Source of the DNA: an uncultured Sellimonas sp.
GTDB lineage: Bacteria; Bacillota; Clostridia; Lachnospirales; Lachnospiraceae
NCBI GenBank assembly: GCA_963559135.1
Contig: CAUWJP010000002.1
Span: forward strand, 2,572-66,571
DNA length: 64,000 nt
Direction of reading: 5' to 3'
Shown: positions 10,388 through 19,327 of the stretch, piece after piece
Layout of the letters: the number at the start of each line of letters is the position of its first letter
Position numbering within the stretch: position 1 is the stretch's first letter
The notes under the pieces: generated by a model
What the model was told of the DNA's origin: nothing
Databases searched by the model: none
Seen by the model: only the letters and a program-made list of their open reading frames with translations
Made by a program: the position numbers and the translations under genes

Positions 10388-11578
10388 TTATTTGAGATCA
10401 GAAAGCAACGATGTTCCAATCGTTCCTTCCGGCATAGTAAGCCCGAAATTATCAATGATCGTTGCTCCTATTACCGCAAAAGTATCCTGTTCCGGCAGCA
10501 TTCCACTTCCCTCCATGGATCTGGAATACGCAAGGAACGGTACTTTTTCTCTTGTATGATCCGTTCCGGTGTATGTCGGATCGTTTCCGTGATCTGCAGT
10601 AATAATCAAAAGATCATCTTCTCTTAATTTTTCCAGCAGTACAGCAAGCTTTTCGTCAAACATCTCAAGTTCGCGAGCGTATCCTTCCGGGTTCCTTCTG
10701 TGTCCCCATTTTGCATCAAAATCTACCAGATTGACAAAGCAAAGACCGTGGAAGTCCTTGTCTGCCAGTTCAATAGTCTGCTCCATTCCATGAACAGATG
10801 ATTGCGACTTGTACGCCTCCGTAATTCCCTCGCCGTCAAAAATATCCTTGATTTTTCCGACAGAAATTACATCCAGTCCATGATCTTTCAACTCATTCAA
10901 TGCAGTTCTGATCGGTGGTTTCAGTGCATAATCATGACGGTTGCTTGTACGTTCAAATTCTCCTGCTTTTTTCCCAACATACGGTCTTGCGATAACCCTG
11001 CCGACTCTCCATTCTTCTTTCATTGTCAGTTCTCTGGCAATTTCACAGCAACGATACAATTCATCCAATCCAAATGTTTCTTCGTTTCCACAGATCTGAA
11101 GTACAGAGTCTGCAGAAGTGTACACGATCATATGTCCGGTTGCCATTTCTTCTTCGCCAAGTTCATCAATGATTTCTGTCCCGCTGGCGCTTTTATTTCC
11201 AATAATTTTGTGCCCCGTTCTTCGTTCCAGCTCTTCAATCAGTTCTTTAGGAAATCCATGCTCGGTAAATGTCTGAAATGGTTTCTTTGTTTCTACTCCC
11301 ATAATCTCCCAATGTCCGGTCATCGTATCTTTTCCATTGCTTCTCTCACGGAGTGCCGCCTGATATCCCAGCGGATTCTCTACTGCCGGCACCTGACGAA
11401 GCTTTGTCAGATTTGCAATTCCCATTTTCTGAAGTGAAGGAATGCGAAAGCTGGCCACTGATTCCGAAATATGAGCCAGGGTATTAACTCCTCTGTCTCC
11501 GAATTTCTCCCCGTCCGGCATAACGCCGATTCCAAGGGAATCTATTACAATTACAAATACTCTTTTTTGCTGCTTCAT
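10388..11578 (-). CDS. deoB: Phosphopentomutase
   Basis: [21 protein letters not shown] and DHTRE motifs. The start is taken at the internal ATG at 11578 (MKQQKRVF). Confidence 0.9.
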   Translation of the reverse strand: MKQQKRVFVIVIDSLGIGVMPDGEKFGDRGVNTLAHISESVASFRIPSLQKMGIANLTKLRQVPAVENPLGYQAALRERSNGKDTMTGHWEIMGVETKKPFQTFTEHGFPKELIEELERRTGHKIIGNKSASGTEIIDELGEEEMATGHMIVYTSADSVLQICGNEETFGLDELYRCCEIARELTMKEEWRVGRVIARPYVGKKAGEFERTSNRHDYALKPPIRTALNELKDHGLDVISVGKIKDIFDGEGITEAYKSQSSVHGMEQTIELADKDFHGLCFVNLVDFDAKWGHRRNPEGYARELEMFDEKLAVLLEKLREDDLLIITADHGNDPTYTGTDHTREKVPFLAYSRSMEGSGMLPEQDTFAVIGATIIDNFGLTMPEGTIGTSLLSDLK

Positions 11579-11594
11579 TATTTTCCTGCCTTTC

Positions 11595-12005
11595 TTACAG
11601 ATTGCCCGGACCAAAGCCCTGCGGCATCAGATCTTTCAAAGTGTAAATCTGATAATCATCTTTTCCTTTTGCAAGGATGATCTGAAATTCGTCCGGCTGG
11701 CAGAATTCCATCATCACCTGTCTGCACACTCCACAAGGAGGAGCAAAATCTTCCAGTACTCCTTCTTTGCCCCCTACGATACAGATTGCGTCAAATTCCC
11801 GAACTCCTTCGCTGACTGCTTTAAAAAAAGCGGTCCTCTCTGCACAGTTCGTCGGTGTGTACGCTGCATTTTCGATATTGCATCCAGTATAGATTGTTCC
11901 GTTTTTTGCAAGAAGTGCTGCCCCTACTTTAAAGTGGGAATATGGGGTGTAAGAAAATGCAAGCTGTGCGATCGCCGTCTCAATCAATGTCTCTGTCTGC
12001 GTCAT
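11595..12005 (-). CDS. cdd: Cytidine deaminase
   Basis: CAERTA and PCGVCRQ zinc motifs; 136 aa. Confidence 0.9.
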   Translation of the reverse strand: MTQTETLIETAIAQLAFSYTPYSHFKVGAALLAKNGTIYTGCNIENAAYTPTNCAERTAFFKAVSEGVREFDAICIVGGKEGVLEDFAPPCGVCRQVMMEFCQPDEFQIILAKGKDDYQIYTLKDLMPQGFGPGNL

Positions 12006-12018
12006 CTGCCATTCCCCC

Positions 12019-12807
12019 TTATTTTCCGGACTTTTTATCTGCTTTAATCAGCTTTCTGATCGCACCTACTGCTACCTGGATCGCCATATCCGTATCATGT
12101 ACAACTGGATTTTCCAGGCCTTTCTTTTCACGTTCCTGATTTGCCAGAACAAGGAAACAAGATCCTGCCCTTACTCCCAGATGGCTTGCCACAACAAAAA
12201 GCGCTGCAGATTCCATCTCGGAAGCAAGACATCCTAAGCGCTTCCATGCTTCCCATTTATTCATAAGTTCATAGCCAACCGGCATTCTTTCCGGTGAATG
12301 CTGTCCGTAAAAAGAATCTTTACACTGTACGACACCTACATGATATGGACTTTCCAGTTCTTCAGCTGACTGCATCAATGCATTTATCACATGAATGTCT
12401 GCCACCGCCGGGAATTCGATCGGTGCGTATTCTTTACTGGTTCCTTCCATACGGATCGCTCCGTTTGCAATCACCACATCACCGCTTTTCACATCCAGCT
12501 GCATTCCTCCGCATGTTCCTATCCGAACAAAAGTATCCGCTCCTGCATTGACGAGCTCCTCCATTGCGATAGACGCTGACGGTCCGCCGATTCCGGTAGA
12601 TGTCACACTTACTTTTTCCCCATCCAGATATCCGGTATATGTAACATATTCTCTGCTGTCAGCTACCAATACCGGATCATCAAAATATTTTGCTATTTTC
12701 TCACATCGTTTCGGATCTCCCGGAAGAATCACATAACGTCCCACATCTCCCTTTCCGACTTGAATATGATATTGTTTACTTGTATCCTCTGAATAATTCA
12801 TCATCAA
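12019..12807 (-). CDS. udp: Uridine phosphorylase
   Basis: Remembered E. coli Udp motifs are matched: [40 protein letters not shown] and EMESAALF. Confidence 0.85.
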   Translation of the reverse strand: MMMNYSEDTSKQYHIQVGKGDVGRYVILPGDPKRCEKIAKYFDDPVLVADSREYVTYTGYLDGEKVSVTSTGIGGPSASIAMEELVNAGADTFVRIGTCGGMQLDVKSGDVVIANGAIRMEGTSKEYAPIEFPAVADIHVINALMQSAEELESPYHVGVVQCKDSFYGQHSPERMPVGYELMNKWEAWKRLGCLASEMESAALFVVASHLGVRAGSCFLVLANQEREKKGLENPVVHDTDMAIQVAVGAIRKLIKADKKSGK

Positions 12808-12946
12808 ACCTCCGTTTCCTTTACTGGATATGGTAGACAGTCTTTCGTTTTTTCATACCTGAAACAGACTGTCTGTCCTGTTTTCGCTTCTTCTACTTGC
12901 ATCTTACCCGCATTTTTGCATCAAAAAAAGGACTCGAGTCCCTTTT

Positions 12947-12970
12947 TGTGTAATTACGTGACTTTACACA
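12947..12970. promoter_or_regulatory. Candidate operator palindrome upstream of the nucleoside operon
   Basis: TGTGTAA-N10-TTACACA is a perfect 7 bp inverted repeat in the udp / response-regulator divergent region. No regulator is assigned. Confidence 0.25.
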
Positions 12971-13093
12971 ATTTCGTAACACAGTCTTTGTCTATAATGC
13001 TCATAATTTAAAGTGGATTTTTCTTCCCGACTTGACAGTTTCCCGATTCTGTGCAAGGATTTTAACAGTAATTCAAACAGGAGATACAATGTT

Positions 13094-13822
13094 ATGAAAA
13101 AGAAAATATTAATTGTAGATGATGAACAGGCTATCGCCGATCTGGTAGAGGTCTACCTTACCAACGAAGGTTTTGAAGTTCTGAAATTCTATAATGGGAC
13201 TGATGCATTAAACTGTATAAATACAGAAGATCTTTCTATGGCAATACTTGATGTTATGCTTCCTGATATTGATGGTTTCAAGCTTTGCCAGGAAATTCGT
13301 AAGGAATATTTTTACCCGGTTATCATGCTGACTGCACGTACCGAAGATATGGACAAGATTCTCGGACTTACGATCGGCGCGGATGATTATATCACCAAAC
13401 CATTCAATCCTCTGGAACTTGTAGCAAGAGTCAAGACACAATTTAGACGTTATGAGAAGTACAACCATCCTCTCATGTCCGACCATACAGAGGGACCTGA
13501 GTCTCCTCAGACATCCGCCTCTGATTGCGTGATTGATATCCGTGGTCTGAGCATCGATAAATCTGCACATAAATGTACTTTCAACGGCAGCCCCCTTGCA
13601 CTGACACCCCGGGAATTTTCCATCTTATGGTATTTGTGCGAAAACAAAGGACGTGTCATCTCTTCCGAAGAACTTTTCGAACAAGTGTGGGGAGAAAAAT
13701 TTCTGGATAACAACAACACGGTCATGGCTCATATCGGAAGAATTCGTGAAAAAATGAAAGACTCCGGCCGGAAGCCGAAGTACATCAAAACAGTATGGGG
13801 AGTGGGGTATCAAATTGAATAA
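13094..13822 (+). CDS. OmpR-family response regulator (VanR-like)
   Basis: Receiver domain (ILIVDDE, DVMLPDIDG, KPF) and winged-helix output (TVWGVGY). The start is at ATG 13094 after AGGAGA; the track ORF start at 13013 is an upstream extension. Confidence 0.9.
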   Translation: MKKKILIVDDEQAIADLVEVYLTNEGFEVLKFYNGTDALNCINTEDLSMAILDVMLPDIDGFKLCQEIRKEYFYPVIMLTARTEDMDKILGLTIGADDYITKPFNPLELVARVKTQFRRYEKYNHPLMSDHTEGPESPQTSASDCVIDIRGLSIDKSAHKCTFNGSPLALTPREFSILWYLCENKGRVISSEELFEQVWGEKFLDNNNTVMAHIGRIREKMKDSGRKPKYIKTVWGVGYQIE

Positions 13823-14924
13823 ACAGACATCAAATCAACTTTCAAGACAGCTTCGCCGCCGGCTTCTTTACCGCTTTATATTTTCGTACCTGATCTACAT
13901 CGGGATCGGCGGCTTTCTCTTTCTTCTCGTATACTGGTATTACCATACACAAATATGGTTTGGATATGAGACTTTTTATATTCTCGTTTCTACGCTGGAA
14001 CGTTTTCATGATATTTTTTTGTTTTTATATCTGATAGCCGGGGCGTTGTTTTTCGGTTACCGTTTTCTTTCCCGATCCTGTTTCTATCTGGACGAGCTTT
14101 TGAATGCTTCCGACAGCCTTTGGAAAAATCAGGAAGAACCGGTTACCATGTCCGACGATCTTCGCGAAGTGTCCCTGCATATGAATGAGGTTCGACTGAA
14201 TATACTAGAAAGCCAGAAGGCTGCTGCTTCGGCGGAGCAACGGAAAAATGATCTTGTTGTATATCTGGCTCACGATCTTAAAACTCCGCTGACTTCCGTG
14301 ATCGGCTATCTGACACTCCTTCACGACGAGAGAAAGATCTCCCCGGATCTGCAGGAGAAGTATCTTGGTGTTGCTTTGGAAAAAGCGGAACGCCTGGAAG
14401 ATCTGATTAATGAATTTTTCGATATTACCAGGTTTAATCTGACACACCTTTCACTGGATCTGAACCGGATTAATCTGACCCGTATGCTGGAGCAGACTAT
14501 CTACGAATTTGCCCCGATGTTTGCAGAAAAAAATCTCGATTATGATTTCCAGGCACCAGCGGATCTCTATTTCCTCTGTGACCCTGACAAGCTCCAACGT
14601 GTCTTTGACAATCTGCTCAGAAATGCAGTCAATTACAGTTTTCGAGACTCAGTAATCCGGATTCATCTGCTCCTCGATATGGGAATTCTGACTCTTACGG
14701 TAGAAAACGAAGGTGCTACTATTCCTCACGAAAAACTCGACCGGATCTTTGAACAGTTCTTCCGTCTTGATTCTTCCCGTGGCTCCGGAAGCGGTGGTGC
14801 CGGTCTTGGTCTTGCAATTGCAAAAGAGATTGTGGAACTTCATGGGGGACAGATTTCCGCCGAAAGCCATGATAACCGGGTAATCTTTACGGTGAAACTT
14901 CCTTATTCGTCAGGAAATCGTTAG
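13815..14924 (+). CDS. Sensor histidine kinase (VanS-like)
   Basis: Two N-terminal TM helices, an H-box AHDLKTPLTSVIGYL, an N-box LLRNAVNYS and a G-box GSGGAGLGLAIAKEIV. It overlaps the regulator gene by 8 nt. Confidence 0.9.
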   Translation: MNKQTSNQLSRQLRRRLLYRFIFSYLIYIGIGGFLFLLVYWYYHTQIWFGYETFYILVSTLERFHDIFLFLYLIAGALFFGYRFLSRSCFYLDELLNASDSLWKNQEEPVTMSDDLREVSLHMNEVRLNILESQKAAASAEQRKNDLVVYLAHDLKTPLTSVIGYLTLLHDERKISPDLQEKYLGVALEKAERLEDLINEFFDITRFNLTHLSLDLNRINLTRMLEQTIYEFAPMFAEKNLDYDFQAPADLYFLCDPDKLQRVFDNLLRNAVNYSFRDSVIRIHLLLDMGILTLTVENEGATIPHEKLDRIFEQFFRLDSSRGSGSGGAGLGLAIAKEIVELHGGQISAESHDNRVIFTVKLPYSSGNR

Positions 14925-14996
14925 AATTTTGTAGGAAAAAATAAGGATTTCTGTTCTGAAATCCGCGAAAATCAAATATTCTTCTCTGCTATAGTA

Positions 14997-15048
14997 AAAG
15001 CGTGCCAGGAAAGTCCTTTGGGATTTTCCGACACGCTTTTCGTTTTTT
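14997..15048 (+). terminator. Intrinsic terminator after the two-component pair
   Basis: Stem AAAAGCGTG / CACGCTTTT followed by TCGTTTTTT. An additional small hairpin, GGATTTC/GAAATCC, lies at 14945..14965. Confidence 0.6.
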
Positions 15049-15084
15049 CATACAAATCAATATACATGAAAGGAAGAATCTACT

Positions 15085-15915
15085 ATGAATGCAAGAACAA
15101 GAAAGACAATTAGATACAGACGCAGATCTCGCAGACATTTACTTCATTTTATTTTGCCGATGCTTTGCCTCATCCTTGCACTGGCAGCTGCAGCCTCTTA
15201 TATCCTGGATTCTTCCGGTTTTGATATGCTATCCCATGTATCTTCACTTATTAGTGGTTCAGCCGAAGAAGAACTCTCCCGCTATGCGGCTTCACACGGT
15301 TATGATATCAGTGATTATCCGCAATCTTTGATCGATCTGTATGACCGGAACCGGGAAACAAAAGATTTTGTTTTTGAATACCCTGAAAAAAAGTCCGAGA
15401 CACCGGATATTCATCTTGGTGATATCAGCACCTCTTCTGTACCTCTTCTGATGCAGTGGGATCAACGCTGGGGATACAAAGAATACGCAGGAGATCTGTT
15501 CGGATTAAGCGGATGCGGACCGACATGCCTCTCTATGGTTGCTATCTATCTGACAGGCAATACCGATATGAATCCTGCCTGGATGGCGGACTTCGCCTCC
15601 TCCCACGGATATGCCTCCGATGGAAGCGGCTCCTACTGGACTCTCTTTTCTGAGGGTGGAACCTCCCTTGGATTTGATGTTACAGAGATCCCGCTGGATA
15701 AACAACGGATCATCGACAATCTGGAAGTCGGCAATCCGATTGTTGCTGTCGTAGGCCCTGGGGATTTTACGACTACCGGACATTTCATCATCCTGACCGG
15801 TTACAAAGACGGGCAGATCAAAGTCAATGACCCGAACAGCAAAAAGAACTCGGAAAAACTTTGGGACTACGACAAGATCAGCGGACAGATTCGGGATCTC
15901 TGGGTCTTCCGGTAG
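15085..15915 (+). CDS. Membrane-anchored peptidase C39-like (YvpB-like) domain protein
   Basis: An Arg-rich N-terminus plus one TM helix, a catalytic-Cys context SGCGPTCLSMV, and a downstream GHFIILTGY His motif. Confidence 0.7.
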   Translation: MNARTRKTIRYRRRSRRHLLHFILPMLCLILALAAAASYILDSSGFDMLSHVSSLISGSAEEELSRYAASHGYDISDYPQSLIDLYDRNRETKDFVFEYPEKKSETPDIHLGDISTSSVPLLMQWDQRWGYKEYAGDLFGLSGCGPTCLSMVAIYLTGNTDMNPAWMADFASSHGYASDGSGSYWTLFSEGGTSLGFDVTEIPLDKQRIIDNLEVGNPIVAVVGPGDFTTTGHFIILTGYKDGQIKVNDPNSKKNSEKLWDYDKISGQIRDLWVFR

Positions 15916-15946
15916 GGAATTTATCCCTGCCGGATTCCTTTTGTTC

Positions 15947-16882
15947 CTATCTGGAATTATATCTTCGCATTACATCTTCCAGGGAATGAATACCGTCCGA
16001 TGTCCCGTAATCCTCTACAATACATGAGGCTGTAGCATTTGCAAACTTTGCACATTTCCCGGCATCCCATCCGTTAGAAAGTCCAAAAAGGAAACCAGCA
16101 ACAAAAGAATCTCCTGCTCCTGTCGTATCTACACATCGTTTCACTGACAATGCCGGAATTCTTCTTATGCCATGTTTATCAGAAAGAACGCATCCTTTCT
16201 CTCCGCATTTTATAACCGCTGTCCCTACTCCACATTCTGTCAGAATTCTGGCGTTTATATAAGGATCCGATTCTCCGGTAAGCAGGGCAATTTCTTCTTC
16301 ATTTGGAAAAATATAGTCTATAAAAGGAAGTAACTCTTCAATGTCCTGCAACGTTTCTTTGTTTTTTGCCTTCGTCATGTCTACCACTAAAATCCGATTT
16401 CTTTCTTTAATTTTTTGAAACAGTTCTTTCATCTTTTCTATCGTTAAAAGTGGTGAAACAAACATTCCTGCAAAACTTACAATTGAAGCTGTATCATCAA
16501 GAAATCCTTCGACGTCTTCCAAAGCCAGTTTTCTCAGACTGCTTTTCGGGTTTGTCAGAAAATGTCGTTCTCCCGTCTGATCAATCAACACAATATTGAT
16601 CCCCGTCTCAAGTCCCGGCTCTACTTTCACGCTTTCTGTCGCCAGACGGTTCTCCGCCATATAATCCAGAATCCGTTTCCCCGCTTCATCCTGACCTACC
16701 TTTGTAATCAGCTGAACCTTTTTCCCAAGTCTGCTCAGAATCACCGCCTCATTCAGGGCATCCCCTCCAAAAGACATTTTCATCGTATCCATCGGGCAGG
16801 AACCTGAAGAAAATACTTCTTTACTAACCGGAGCAGCCAGAATATCAATAATTCCTGCTCCTATCACGGATATCTCGTACAT
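15947..16882 (-). CDS. PfkB-family carbohydrate kinase
   Basis: N-terminal GG motif (SFGGDALN) and C-terminal DTTGAGDSF anion-hole/ATP motif. The substrate is unknown. Confidence 0.8.
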   Translation of the reverse strand: MYEISVIGAGIIDILAAPVSKEVFSSGSCPMDTMKMSFGGDALNEAVILSRLGKKVQLITKVGQDEAGKRILDYMAENRLATESVKVEPGLETGINIVLIDQTGERHFLTNPKSSLRKLALEDVEGFLDDTASIVSFAGMFVSPLLTIEKMKELFQKIKERNRILVVDMTKAKNKETLQDIEELLPFIDYIFPNEEEIALLTGESDPYINARILTECGVGTAVIKCGEKGCVLSDKHGIRRIPALSVKRCVDTTGAGDSFVAGFLFGLSNGWDAGKCAKFANATASCIVEDYGTSDGIHSLEDVMRRYNSR

Positions 16883-16965
16883 CTTTTTTCTCCTCTTTTC
16901 TGTCAGTTGTTTTTGAAATTAAGTTCTGAAAAGATTATACAATGAATTTTCTCTTTCTGACACAT

Positions 16966-17012
16966 CAAAAAAGCTAATGTCTCTGCCTTTCGCAAAGTCA
17001 GAAACATCAGCT
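16966..17012 (-). terminator. Intrinsic terminator after spoIIID
   Basis: On the minus strand: AGCTGATGTTTCTGAC...GGCAGAGACATTAGCT followed by TTTTTT. Confidence 0.55.
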
Positions 17013-17017
17013 ATTTC

Positions 17018-17275
17018 CTAGTACATATGTTTTCCTTTATATTTCTCCCGTGTGGCCATTCCGCCGCGGATATGTCGTTCGGATTTGTTCAGGTCAAGCA
17101 CCTTCCTCGCTTCTCCTGCAAGCTGAGGATTAATAATTTTCAGACGCTCTGTAACGTCTTTATGTATGGTACTTTTACTTACTCCAAACTCCTTTGCTGT
17201 CTGCCTCACTGTTGCATTATGGTCAATGATATAATGCGCGATCTCTACCGCCCTCTCCTCGATATATTCCTTCAT
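17018..17275 (-). CDS. spoIIID: Sporulation transcriptional regulator SpoIIID
   Basis: 85 aa, MKEYIEERAVEIAHYIIDHNATVRQTAKEFGVSKSTIHKDVTERL... closely matches the remembered SpoIIID HTH. Confidence 0.9.
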   Translation of the reverse strand: MKEYIEERAVEIAHYIIDHNATVRQTAKEFGVSKSTIHKDVTERLKIINPQLAGEARKVLDLNKSERHIRGGMATREKYKGKHMY

Positions 17276-17303
17276 AGAATTCCTCTACACTCACTATTTT
17301 TAC

Positions 17304-17336
17304 AATGTATGCAGAGAAATCCAGCGGCATTCATAC
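17304..17336 (-). promoter_or_regulatory. Candidate sigma-E-type promoter of spoIIID
   Basis: The minus strand reads GTATGAAT-N17-CATACATT, with the -10 element matching the sigma-E CATACA-T consensus about 30 nt upstream of the ATG. spoIIID is sigma-E dependent in B. subtilis. Confidence 0.35.
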
Positions 17337-17357
17337 TATTTTGGCAGCGTGTTGCCT

Positions 17358-17842
17358 TTATAATTCCCTATAAATAATTTTCCCATTTTTAAATTCCGAC
17401 TTCATAAGCGAAACCTTTTTCACTGTCATCTCTGTTTTTTTAGATGAACCTGATATCCTTTTTTCCACGTTACCTTTCTGATCAGCGTAATATGCGGAAT
17501 AAACCTATCGTTATCAAAAGGAATATCCTCTTTTTTCAATGCTTCTCTCAGATCCTTTACATAAGTTTTCAATTTCTGTTTTCCCTTTATCCCCATCCAG
17601 AGAAGATTTCCAAAATTTCCTTTTTCAGAAAAACCTAATTGAAACGGAGTAAACGGAATACTTTCAATTATTCTTTTTATCCTTGTCGGATCATGATATT
17701 CACCGATAAAGGCAAGCGTAAGATGCAGATTCTGAGCTGGCACATACTTCCCTTCCACTCCCTGTCTTTTCAAATCATGCATACAGGATACCAATGCTTT
17801 TTTCATTTCATCAGATAATTGAATTGCAATAAAAAGCCGCAT
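17358..17842 (-). pseudogene. thpR: 2H phosphoesterase (ThpR/LigT-like RNA 2',3'-cyclic phosphodiesterase), frameshifted in an A7 run
   Basis: Both HxT motifs are present (HLTLAF, HITLIR). The ORF stops at 17426, but one extra A in the homopolymer at 17435..17441 would restore the canonical C-terminus TEMTVKKVSLMKSEFKNGKIIYREL, ending at 17358. Confidence 0.7.
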
Positions 17843-17864
17843 ACTCCTTTCTCCTTTTTTATGA

Positions 17865-18782
17865 TCAGAAGTCTATTTCATATTCAAGATATCTTCTAAA
17901 CTCATTTTGTACTTCGCTTACAACAGTTGTATTTCCAGCACATTTCATACCTTTTAGTACTGCGTCAATCTTGATAGCTTCACTTTCTTTCAATCCAGAG
18001 GAATTGCTTAATTTTAACATACATTTTTGATGCAACAACGGAGCGTTTTCATCCATTCTCATTGCAATAAGCGTTTTAATATTTTCATCATTAACTAAAT
18101 ATGTCAACCGCGGAGTCACTGGACTATGCCCCGGAAAAGTCATTTCTGATGCAACCTCTATTGTTGAAAATGACTTGTCCGAATAATTATAATCCCTTTC
18201 TCCAGATGATACTGACTTTATATTCACTTTGATATTATCATTTTTTTCAGCCAAAGAGACTTTTTCTTCTTTATATGTTATCTTGAAATGCTTGGCACCT
18301 AGATCCTGTGCAATTTTTTGTAATTCATTGACGCGAACCAACTTTAGATGACTAAAATAATCATTTAATGCAATGTACCTATTTTGATTACTCGGATCAA
18401 CATAATAAAACTCACTACCTGAATCTGGATAGAATATAAGCTTAAATGAGTCTATTGAATCCCGAAAAATATTTACAATGCGTAGACCTTTTTGCTCTGA
18501 TACAAATCCTATTGCTCCTTTACACACATCACTTTCAGCACGTTTTTTATCTCTTTCCGTTACTCTAATGAACTTGGGCATAAAAAATTCCTCTTCTTCC
18601 AAATTCTCATCAAAAATAGGCTGTAAAACTTTTAATTCTATTAGTCTAGCTTTTTCTTCGGCAGTTTTTCGCACTACCTGCGTTCCTTTTTTCACCGTGC
18701 TCCCTACAGATTCTGCCATGGCTGTAAAATCTTTAAAATCAAGCTTTCCATCCTCATTCTGGTCAGCCATATGAATTGCCAT
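17865..18782 (-). CDS. Hypothetical protein (305 aa) with an N-terminal EF-hand-like loop; AT-rich orphan
   Basis: A long uninterrupted ORF on the same strand as thpR, 22 nt upstream of it. Residues 7-18, DQNEDGKLDFKD, fit the EF-hand loop pattern. I recognise no other family. Confidence 0.6.
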   Translation of the reverse strand: MAIHMADQNEDGKLDFKDFTAMAESVGSTVKKGTQVVRKTAEEKARLIELKVLQPIFDENLEEEEFFMPKFIRVTERDKKRAESDVCKGAIGFVSEQKGLRIVNIFRDSIDSFKLIFYPDSGSEFYYVDPSNQNRYIALNDYFSHLKLVRVNELQKIAQDLGAKHFKITYKEEKVSLAEKNDNIKVNIKSVSSGERDYNYSDKSFSTIEVASEMTFPGHSPVTPRLTYLVNDENIKTLIAMRMDENAPLLHQKCMLKLSNSSGLKESEAIKIDAVLKGMKCAGNTTVVSEVQNEFRRYLEYEIDF

Positions 18783-18789
18783 GTTTTTT

Positions 18790-18909
18790 TACTTTCCTAA
18801 TAACTCTTTTGCATTTTTTCCTGCATCAGAAACCAGTGTTCCAATTTTAAATTTTTTATCCATTTTCTCTTTGGACGAGGTTCTCTCGTTTTTCCCCTTT
18901 CTCTTCATT
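18790..18909 (-). CDS. Possible 39-codon micro-ORF upstream of the orphan gene
   Basis: Reads MKRKGKNERTSSKEKMDKKFKIGTLVSDAGKNAKELLGK and stops 7 nt before the ATG of 17865..18782. There is no clear RBS, so it is speculative. Confidence 0.15.
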
Positions 18910-19123
18910 CCTTACCAGTAGAAAACAACACTTCAATCACTTAAAGTATATCAGTCACTCAAACATACTTCAATCCATTCCACGATGTGTTGGCTATATT
19001 CAGGTCAGAAAAGTCTATGTTACTTTCGCGAACATTCTATTTTTTCGTGATAATATCACATACATATTTTACCCAAAATAGTATCTTAAGATAAATAAAT
19101 CTATCTCTCGGAGGTTGTTTTGT

Positions 19124-19327
19124 ATGAGAAACAAACGATATGCGCAGGCAGAAAAAGAACGTTGTGTTTCCTGCGGTGCCTGTATAAAGGTCTGTCCCAA
19201 GGATGCGATATCTATCTGGAAGGGCTCTTACGCTGTGATGAATGAAAACTTATGTGTAGGATGTGGAAAATGCGAAAAGACCTGTCCGGCAGGCTGCATT
19301 ATTTTGAAAGAGAGGGCAACGATATGA
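19124..19327 (+). CDS. 2x[4Fe-4S] ferredoxin
   Basis: CVSCGACIKVCP and CVGCGKCEKTCP motifs, with GGAGG 9 nt upstream of ATG 19124. Confidence 0.85.
   Translation: MRNKRYAQAEKERCVSCGACIKVCPKDAISIWKGSYAVMNENLCVGCGKCEKTCPAGCIILKERATI

Noticed and set aside
12923-12947. The A7-GGACTCGAGTCC-T5 hairpin, considered as an intrinsic terminator between divergent genes.
   Set aside because: The stem is only about 4-5 bp once a minimal loop is allowed, and no convergent transcription ends here. It is noted only as part of the control region.
13094-14924. A vancomycin-resistance locus, suggested by the VanRS-like pair.
   Set aside because: No vanH/A/B/G ligase, vanX/Y peptidase or vanT racemase genes are adjacent. 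Similarity of the sensor pair alone does not support a resistance call.
17426-18782. Calling the orphan gene plus 2H phosphoesterase an anti-phage or cyclic-nucleotide-signalling system.
   Set aside because: The phosphoesterase looks like an ordinary, frameshifted ThpR/LigT and the partner has no recognisable effector or sensor domain. The idea is recorded as a hypothesis only, not as a feature.
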